From: an uncultured Gammaproteobacteria bacterium
Lineage (GTDB): Bacteria; Patescibacteriota; Microgenomatia; Levybacterales; UBA12049
Assembly: GCA_964416505.1 (NCBI GenBank)
Contig: CAYQEJ010000005.1
Location: forward strand, 22,488 to 86,487
Direction of reading: 5' to 3'
DNA: 64,000 bases
In this document: piece after piece, positions 57,306-64,000 of the stretch
How positions within the stretch are numbered: the stretch's first letter is position 1
Layout: each line of letters starts with the position of its first letter
Notes under the pieces: generated by a model
Told to the model about the DNA's origin: nothing
What the model saw: the letters and a program-made list of their open reading frames with translations, nothing else
Databases searched by the model: none
Made by a program: the position numbers and the translations under genes

Positions 57306-59531
57306 ATGAATTTCAAATCTTACTTAGGAATTTTCATTATCGCAGGATTGGCTTTTGCATTTATTTTATTCCTAAATGGTGATACTAAAAATTCTATAAC
57401 TTCAAAAATAACTAACCTGAATTCAAGTAACTCCCCAAAGATTGCAAATCTAAAAACACCAAATTTATCTATCCCTGATTTTACTGCAGAAGCATCTGGT
57501 AATTATGCAGCAGAAAACTCAGTTTTTAAAGTAAAGCTTCCTAAAAATAGCGATGGAAAAATGGAAATCGTAAAAGAAAAAAAATTAGTCTTTACACCGA
57601 TAAATGCTCAAAAATCCGAAGCAAAAGTAAATGGCAGTAAAATTACATACGAAAATGTTTTTGGATCCTCAAGCGTTATCTATCAAACTACTGGAAATGG
57701 AATAAAAGAATCAATTATTCTCAAATCTTCAAAAAATCTTCCAAATGAATTTAGCTACAGTTTTGAAGCATCAGATTTAAAAGCAGAACTTAAAGATGAC
57801 AATAGCATTATCTTTACACAGATATCCAAAGAGCCAAGTAAAGATATCCCTGTATCCGATGGAACTACTCTTGATTCTAAAAAAGCCTCAAATTATTTAG
57901 AGGAACATCCACAAAGATTTAAAATCCCTACTCCGATTATGATAGATGCTGATGGAAAAAAATCAGGCGGATCTGACGTTAAGGTAGTATTGAACAAAAA
58001 TATATTAACATTAATCCCAAACAAAGACTGGCTATCCAAAGCTAAATTTCCAGTAATTCTAGATCCTACAGTCGAAACTATACCTCAAATATTACAAGAA
58101 CTTGCGGATCAAAGAGACTATAACTCTAAAGAGTTTTTAAATGATGATGGGACTCACACCTCTGTCTTCTTCCAGAATCCTATTCACTATCAGGATAATC
58201 AAGGCTCCTTCAAAAACATAGACAGAACATTTAAAGATTCTCAAGATCCAAATTATAAATATCAGGTCAATACTGGTGTTTATGTAGCTAAAGTTAAAAA
58301 GACACTGACAGGCGCTGGAGGCGACATATTGCTTTCATTCTCAAATACAAACGTGGGATTTTCTCCTGTTAAAATCAGCTGGAGTGACGGATCGGTTTTG
58401 GGAAATATAAAAAATGTAAACGGAAGCATATCGCAAGAAGGATCAAAAATCACATATAAATCTATTTTTGGAATTTCAGGAATTGATCTGGAAGCAATAT
58501 ATGACAATGAAAAATTTTTAAAAGAAACAGTAATCAACACTAAAGATTCTATTCAAGCGAATAATCATGTAAATGATAATTTAGAAATAACATTTAACTT
58601 AGATATTCCCCAAGATGTAGATCTAAAAGTAAACGACAAAATTTGGGATAAAAATTCAACAGAGGAAACAGAATATGCAATCACACTAATTAAGAATGGT
58701 AAAGAAATTTCTGACTTCAGAAAAGCTATTGCCTACAGTCAAGGCTCAACTGAAAAAGCTCAAGTTATAAAAATTAGGTTATCAAAAAATGGAAATACCC
58801 TAACTCTAACTAAAATAATCCCAGGATCTTGGCTAAATAGCGCTTCCTACCCTATACGCACCGACACAACTGATACTATTTATGGAATTGCTAATGATGG
58901 TTTTATCGAAAGTAATACCGGCAGCAGCTATAGCATAGCTAGAGACGGAACAGAGACTCTAATTGTAGGAACTACAGATGGAGATAATATTAAAGTAGGA
59001 CAACGCGATGATCAATGTTGCACGTATTATGTTTGGGAAGGCTTCATGGGCTTTAACACTAGCTCAATTGGATCAGATAGCGTCAGCTCTGCCACCCTAT
59101 CAATGTATCTCCTAACTGACTCTAGCGGAAATGAGTTCACAAACCAAGTCAGGCTAAAATCCTGGACCACCGGTGGATTAACCACTTCCGACTGGGTTGC
59201 TGGAGGATCACTCTCTGCGTCAACTCTCCTTGCAACTATTGATACAAGCGGAATAGGTTCTACCCTTTCCTATAAAACATTTACATCCACTGCGGATTTT
59301 CTTACAAACATAAATGGCTCAGGGAATACAGAGTTAATTATTAACTCAAGTAAGGAGGTTAACAATACAATCCCTACGCAAGATGAATATGTCATTTGGG
59401 ATGATGCCGACACTGCTGGCACTACTCAAGATCCCAAATTAGTAGTTATTCATGCACCTGCAGCATCAGGGGGAGTTAACTTGGGTCCAGGAATAAATAT
59501 AAATCAAGGGACTAGCATTACGACCAATTAA
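57306..59531 (+). CDS. Hypothetical large N-terminally anchored extracellular protein
   Basis: N-terminal TM/signal anchor. Ser/Thr/Asn-rich beta composition. Immediately downstream of the giant gene. Confidence 0.5.
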   Translation: MNFKSYLGIFIIAGLAFAFILFLNGDTKNSITSKITNLNSSNSPKIANLKTPNLSIPDFTAEASGNYAAENSVFKVKLPKNSDGKMEIVKEKKLVFTPINAQKSEAKVNGSKITYENVFGSSSVIYQTTGNGIKESIILKSSKNLPNEFSYSFEASDLKAELKDDNSIIFTQISKEPSKDIPVSDGTTLDSKKASNYLEEHPQRFKIPTPIMIDADGKKSGGSDVKVVLNKNILTLIPNKDWLSKAKFPVILDPTVETIPQILQELADQRDYNSKEFLNDDGTHTSVFFQNPIHYQDNQGSFKNIDRTFKDSQDPNYKYQVNTGVYVAKVKKTLTGAGGDILLSFSNTNVGFSPVKISWSDGSVLGNIKNVNGSISQEGSKITYKSIFGISGIDLEAIYDNEKFLKETVINTKDSIQANNHVNDNLEITFNLDIPQDVDLKVNDKIWDKNSTEETEYAITLIKNGKEISDFRKAIAYSQGSTEKAQVIKIRLSKNGNTLTLTKIIPGSWLNSASYPIRTDTTDTIYGIANDGFIESNTGSSYSIARDGTETLIVGTTDGDNIKVGQRDDQCCTYYVWEGFMGFNTSSIGSDSVSSATLSMYLLTDSSGNEFTNQVRLKSWTTGGLTTSDWVAGGSLSASTLLATIDTSGIGSTLSYKTFTSTADFLTNINGSGNTELIINSSKEVNNTIPTQDEYVIWDDADTAGTTQDPKLVVIHAPAASGGVNLGPGININQGTSITTN

Positions 59532-59613
59532 TTTTGCTTCAAAATGATCTAGTTTTGTCCAATTTTTATTCTTGACATTATACTTTGACTGGAATAAAGT
59601 AGGTTAATAACTC

Positions 59614-61692
59614 ATGGAAAACAGAATGGCTTTATCATCAAAAATTGAAAATTTTTCTATATTTTTATTAGGAGCATTCCTCTTTTTATTTCCAATCGCG
59701 ATAATAGGAATTACCACCGATGCATACGTCGTTCCAAAACAAGCTCTACTTTCAGTAGTTACATTGGTAGGAGTAGTTTTACTTGGAGTTAAAGGTTTAG
59801 CAGGTCAATCAGTTAGACTTAGAAGAACTCCATTTGATCTTCCTCTCGCTCTTTTTGGATTAGCAGCGCTTCTTTCATCGATATTTGCAGTTAACAGATT
59901 TGATTCCCTTATTTCACTAGTTCCATTTATCTTTGCAATATTGCTTTTCTTCATAATTACAAATAGCGTAAAAAGAGAAAAAGACATTATGTTTCTCACA
60001 GGAGCATTAATATTAGGAGCTATTATTGTCTCCGTTATTACACTTCTATCCTATGTAAAGATCTATCCACTTCCCTTTGCTTTTGCAAAAAACCAAACAT
60101 TTACTCCTCTAGGAAGCCTCTTTGATCAGGCAATTTATCTCTTAGTAATACTAAGCATGTCTCTAACAATGGCTTGGCCTGCTTTAAAAAGAAGAGTTGT
60201 TGAAAAAAACAGAGCTATTTATGTAGTCGGTTCAATTGCTCTTCTCGTTGGACTTGCAATAACTATAATAGGTGTAATAACTCTTCAAAAACCTACAATT
60301 CTTCCTTATCAAATAGGTTTTCAAACAGCATTTGCAGCGATCTCTCAAGACTCAGGAAGAGTTATCCAAGGATTCTTGATGGGATCAGGCTTAGGAACAT
60401 ACTTAGTGGATTTCACAAGATTCAAACCAGCTACTATTAACGTTAGCGAGACACTGTGGAGCTTATCATTTTTAAGATCATCAAGCTTCGCACTTGAATT
60501 AATCGCAACAACAGGATTACTCGGAATCCTATCCTTCTTATTCCTAGCATACAGAATATTTCGAAGCAGACCATTTTACGCACCCCTTATTCTCTTAGTC
60601 GTATTTGCTCTAATTCTTCCATTCTCTTTTTCATCATTAGTACTTTTATTTGTAGTTCTAGGCTTATATAGCGCACATCAGGGACTCTCCGATAGGCAAA
60701 AACATAAATTCTTTGATGTAGAACTCAAACTAGTTGCTCTCAAAAAAGGAGTATTTGCTCTCACGGATCCAGGCGTAAGACGTGATTCAGATCACGAAAA
60801 CCTTCTTCCTATTGGAATATTTTTAATTACAGTAATATTTTCAGGACTTATCGGATTCGTAACAGTTAAATTCCTATATTCAGATTATCTTTTCCAACAA
60901 TCGTTCGTTGCAGCGGCAGCAAATGATGCTCAGAAAACATACCAGCTTCAAACAAGAGCAATCAACATGTTCCCACAAAGAGACGGATTCCACAGAATCT
61001 TCTCACAGATTAATCTAACTCTTGCAAATAATCTAGCATCAAGCATCCCACAAGGTCAAACCCCTTCTCAAGATGTGTCAAATACTATTTATCAATTGAT
61101 TCAACAATCTATAAATAGCGGTAGAAATGCTACAACAGTTTCCCCACAAACATCAGTAAACTGGCAAAATCTCTCATCAATCTATAGAAGCTTGATAGGA
61201 TTTGGCCAAAATGCAGATCAATTCGCAGTATATGCAAATCAACAGGCTATTACGCTCGATCCAAACAATCCTCAAGGATATATTAATTATGGTGGAATTT
61301 TCTATCAACTTGGACAATGGGATGAAGCAATAAGACAATTCCAAATTGCTGTTTCACTCAAACCAGATTATCCAAATGCATACTATAATTTAGGACATGC
61401 TTATGAACAAAAAGGAGATCTTCAAACAGCATTGGCTCAATATCAAACAGTTAGAAACTTAGTTTCCAAAGATCAACAGAGCTTAAATGTTATTAATAAT
61501 GAAATAAAAGCACTTGAAGATAAAATAAAATCTACTCCAGTTGCACAAGGTCAGGATGCAAACCTAGGAATTAGTCAACCACAAACTCAACTTCCAGAAC
61601 AGAATCCAAAAGTTAAAATTCCAGCTCCAAAACCATCAGCAAGCCCTACTCCATCTCCAAAAGCTTCTCCAGAGCCAACCGCAAATAGATAA
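59614..61692 (+). CDS. Polytopic membrane protein (Wzy_C/O-antigen-ligase-like) with C-terminal TPR repeats; paralog of 105..2486
   Basis: At least 10 TM helices. SQDSGRVIQGFLMGSGLGTY loop motif. C-terminal TPR (AYYNLGHAYEQKGDLQTALAQYQ). Same architecture as the first gene in the window. Confidence 0.6.
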   Translation: MENRMALSSKIENFSIFLLGAFLFLFPIAIIGITTDAYVVPKQALLSVVTLVGVVLLGVKGLAGQSVRLRRTPFDLPLALFGLAALLSSIFAVNRFDSLISLVPFIFAILLFFIITNSVKREKDIMFLTGALILGAIIVSVITLLSYVKIYPLPFAFAKNQTFTPLGSLFDQAIYLLVILSMSLTMAWPALKRRVVEKNRAIYVVGSIALLVGLAITIIGVITLQKPTILPYQIGFQTAFAAISQDSGRVIQGFLMGSGLGTYLVDFTRFKPATINVSETLWSLSFLRSSSFALELIATTGLLGILSFLFLAYRIFRSRPFYAPLILLVVFALILPFSFSSLVLLFVVLGLYSAHQGLSDRQKHKFFDVELKLVALKKGVFALTDPGVRRDSDHENLLPIGIFLITVIFSGLIGFVTVKFLYSDYLFQQSFVAAAANDAQKTYQLQTRAINMFPQRDGFHRIFSQINLTLANNLASSIPQGQTPSQDVSNTIYQLIQQSINSGRNATTVSPQTSVNWQNLSSIYRSLIGFGQNADQFAVYANQQAITLDPNNPQGYINYGGIFYQLGQWDEAIRQFQIAVSLKPDYPNAYYNLGHAYEQKGDLQTALAQYQTVRNLVSKDQQSLNVINNEIKALEDKIKSTPVAQGQDANLGISQPQTQLPEQNPKVKIPAPKPSASPTPSPKASPEPTANR

Positions 61693-61759
61693 TTTATATA
61701 ATTAAAACCACCAAAAAATGCGTCGATTAAGACGCTTTATTCATTTTTTGGAAGAGTAA

Positions 61760-62149
61760 TTACTCTTGAAATCCAGTGTCTCCTGAAGAATCAGAAGGAG
61801 CTTCGTCTCTAGATGGTCTAGAGTCATGAGAAGGACGTCTGTCGTCTCCCCCATTATCTCTTTGTTTTCTGAAACAATCTCCGCAAAGAACTGGTCTGTC
61901 TCCTCGAGGTTGGAAAGGAACTGTGTCTTTTCTACCGCAATTAGAACAGGTTATCTCATACATTTGTCTTTGTCCACCACCGCCACCACGACCGCCTTCC
62001 ATTCTAGCTTTTTTAGCTTGTCTACATGAAGGACATCTTACTGGTGCGTTTTGGAATCCTTTAGACTGATAGAACTCTTGTTCTGAAGCAGTCCAAACGA
62101 ATTGGTTTCCACAATCACGACAAGTGAGTGTTTGATCTTGAAATGCCAA
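61760..62149 (-). CDS. Zinc-ribbon protein (tandem CxxC...CxxC modules) with Gly/Arg-rich linker
   Basis: CRDCGNQF...CPSCRQ and CSNCGRK...CGDCFRK. Four CxxC pairs in total. Confidence 0.6.
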   Translation of the reverse strand: MAFQDQTLTCRDCGNQFVWTASEQEFYQSKGFQNAPVRCPSCRQAKKARMEGGRGGGGGQRQMYEITCSNCGRKDTVPFQPRGDRPVLCGDCFRKQRDNGGDDRRPSHDSRPSRDEAPSDSSGDTGFQE

Positions 62150-62345
62150 ATTAATTCACCCCCCTTCGAGTTAGGAAATAATAATGTGTTTTCGAGGCTA
62201 TCCTCTGGGATACGTTCATCTATTTTCCCAGAGAACTTATGAAGTTTCCATGGGCTTCTATGTGAATTATATTATAAACCCCTGGAAAATAGCAAATTAA
62301 ACTATTTAATCAAGTTTTACACTAAAAAATCCACCTAATTTCTAG

Positions 62346-62417
62346 TGGACCGAAGGAGACTCGAACTCCCAACCCCCTCCATGCCATGGAGGTACTCTAC
62401 CATTGAGCCATCGGCCC
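62346..62417 (-). tRNA. tRNA-Ala (anticodon GGC), G3:U70 present
   Basis: Reverse complement has acceptor gggccga/tcggtcc (G3-U70), anticodon stem cctcc/ggagg with loop atggcat, T-arm gggag-ttcgagt-ctcct. Confidence 0.8.
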
Positions 62418-62455
62418 TTCTGTATTTACGCTGGAATCTTAGAACCAGATTTCAG

Positions 62456-62526
62456 TGGACTTACCGAGAATCGAACTCGGAACTGTACAATGCGAATGTA
62501 CCGGTATACCACTTACCTATAAGCCC
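62456..62526 (-). tRNA. tRNA-Ala (anticodon CGC), G3:U70 present
   Basis: Reverse complement has acceptor gggctta/taagtcc (G3-U70), anticodon stem gtaca/tgtac with loop ttcgcat, T-arm ccgag-ttcgatt-ctcgg. Confidence 0.8.
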
Positions 62527-62552
62527 GATCTCAATTTAACAGTATATTAAAA

Positions 62553-63677
62553 CTATTGAAGAAAACCAAGAGGATTTACAAGCACTCCATTTTGAATTAC
62601 CTCAAAGTGAAGATGTGGTCCGGTAGTTCTTCCAGTTAACCCAACATATCCAACCACTGTCCTTCCAGCAATAACAGATTGACCTGGACTTACTGCAACC
62701 GAAGACATATGAGCATAGTGAGTCTGAACTCCATTTCCACTATCAATGTATGCATTATTTCCATATCCCCCATCCCAGGTGCCTAAAATTACTCTTGAAA
62801 CCGTACCATTATTTGCTGCTAAAATCGGTGTTCCAACATCTGCAGTAATATCCAAAGCCATATGATACCAGGCTGGGAACTGGGAAATTCCACCCCTCAA
62901 AGGCCACGCATAACCTGCAGATGAGACAGAAGCTGGACCTGAAGCAATTACGACTGGACGAGGTCTTACGTAAGTTGATTGCTCTGAAGGCTTAACACCA
63001 TCTGGAACTATAAGCGTTTGACCTGCTACCAACGAAAATGTCTCTGGATTAGCAAAGTCATTAAAAGGAAAATCTACTATTTTCTGTGGCTCTGTATCTA
63101 ACTTTTTCGCAATTGTATAAATTGTTTCTCCTTGAGAAACTCTATATGAAAGTCCAGTTACAGGAAGAATTCGAAGCTCATCCCCAACTGCAATATTTTC
63201 TCCAGACAAATCATTTTCCCACTTAACAGTCTCCACCGAGACCCCAAACTTTCTCGCAATCGTTGAGAGCGTATCTCCTTTTTGAACAGTATATGTAATA
63301 ATCTTATCTCTTGGCTTCTGTGAAATATCTGTTGAAAAAACATTTCCTCCAACAATAATGGATTGTTTTTGTGGATTTTCAGCCTGCGCTTCTACACTTC
63401 CTTGTGAAAAAACCGGATACGTTCCTGCAATAATCGGAGAGGATATAAGCCCGATACTTAAAAGAGCCATCGCGGATATATGCAAAAAGGGCCGATTATA
63501 TCGGCCTCTCTTCATCATGAAAAACTTAACGATTATATTCTTATTCTTTTCAAAATAAAAAGAAAAAGTTATCACCTTTTTCTTCATATAAAAAGAGAAA
63601 AATTCAGAGAATTGAGAAAACTGAATTAAAAAACGATCGAATGCATTTTTTGCAAGAAAAGGATGTTTTTTAAGCAT
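62553..63677 (-). CDS. LysM-domain M23 family peptidoglycan endopeptidase
   Basis: Two LysM repeats (YTVQKGDTLSTIARKFGVS, YRVSQGETIYTIAKKLDT). M23 motifs HMALDITADVG, HYAHMS and GPHLHFEV. Real start is probably the internal MMKRGRY (about 63515), which is followed by a TM/signal segment. Confidence 0.8.
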   Translation of the reverse strand: MLKKHPFLAKNAFDRFLIQFSQFSEFFSFYMKKKVITFSFYFEKNKNIIVKFFMMKRGRYNRPFLHISAMALLSIGLISSPIIAGTYPVFSQGSVEAQAENPQKQSIIVGGNVFSTDISQKPRDKIITYTVQKGDTLSTIARKFGVSVETVKWENDLSGENIAVGDELRILPVTGLSYRVSQGETIYTIAKKLDTEPQKIVDFPFNDFANPETFSLVAGQTLIVPDGVKPSEQSTYVRPRPVVIASGPASVSSAGYAWPLRGGISQFPAWYHMALDITADVGTPILAANNGTVSRVILGTWDGGYGNNAYIDSGNGVQTHYAHMSSVAVSPGQSVIAGRTVVGYVGLTGRTTGPHLHFEVIQNGVLVNPLGFLQ

Positions 63678-63725
63678 AGGAGTAAAGGAAATATTAACAA
63701 AAAAACGAGGTTAAAGTCAAACAAT

Positions 63726-64000
63726 TTAACCTTTGGCGAGGCTATCTAAAAATTCATCATTAGTTTCTGTAGTTTGAAGTCTCTCTATCATAGTGGCTGT
63801 GCCTTCCCCATCCCCAAGCATAGACAGCATTCGTCTCAGTGTTACAATTCTCTTCAAATGTTCAGGTGAGAGAATAAGCTCCTCTTGTCTTGTTCCTGAT
63901 CTCTCAACATCAATTGCTGGAAATATTCTTTTTTCAGCAAGACGCCTATCTAAATGTATTTCTGAATTTCCCGTTCCTTTAAATTCTTCATAAATAAGAT
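63726..64000 (-). CDS. rho: Transcription termination factor Rho, C-terminal fragment (gene continues beyond the window)
   Basis: Reverse-strand translation ends ...LIYEEFKGTGNSEIHLDRRLAEKRIFPAIDVERSGTRQEELILSPEHLKRIVTLRRMLSMLGDGEGTATMIERLQTTETNDEFLDSLAKG*, the conserved Rho C-terminus. Confidence 0.8.
   Translation of the reverse strand, partial: LIYEEFKGTGNSEIHLDRRLAEKRIFPAIDVERSGTRQEELILSPEHLKRIVTLRRMLSMLGDGEGTATMIERLQTTETNDEFLDSLAKG

Noticed and set aside
63793-63993. 66-aa plus-strand ORF at the window end
   Set aside because: It is antisense to the clearly recognisable C-terminus of rho encoded on the minus strand.
1-64000. CRISPR array, rRNA genes or group I/II introns
   Set aside because: Scanned by eye for regularly spaced direct repeats and conserved rRNA or intron cores and found none. 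The only multi-copy short element is the REP palindrome, which is not regularly spaced.

Overview
The window is AT-rich (about one-third GC by eye) with short intergenic spacers and many small genes. Its gene content resembles a reduced-genome bacterium of the Patescibacteria/CPR type; that taxonomic placement is inference only. The conserved backbone is def-fmt, rpmB, a tRNA-Thr/Tyr/Thr cluster, rpmG, secE-nusG-rplK-rplA-rplJ-rplL (interrupted by inserted genes), mreB, ndk, argS, leuS, comEA, a split comEC, a two-component pair, tandem tRNA-Ala, a LysM/M23 peptidase and a partial rho. Accessory content includes: (i) a REP/RAYT island, made of a Y1 HUH transposase and four copies of a 31-bp palindrome, one of them embedded in-frame in rplA, which also carries a stand-alone PD-(D/E)xK nuclease-like gene as a defence candidate; (ii) two islands of Pro/Ala-rich proteins, each gene driven by a near-perfect TTGACA-17-TAnnAT promoter and mostly leaderless; (iii) a 1415-aa secreted protein with Cys-rich tandem modules and a C-terminal C39-like peptidase; (iv) a 2547-aa protein with two N-terminal integrase SAM-like domains, a TM helix, Gly/Ser/Thr-rich repeats and a phage tail-fibre chaperone-like segment; (v) an envelope glycan cluster (galT-like, two GT4, GT26, plus galU and PAP2 nearby); (vi) two paralogous Wzy_C-like membrane proteins with TPR tails. 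All calls come from motif reading of the supplied translations and the raw sequence; no database search was possible.
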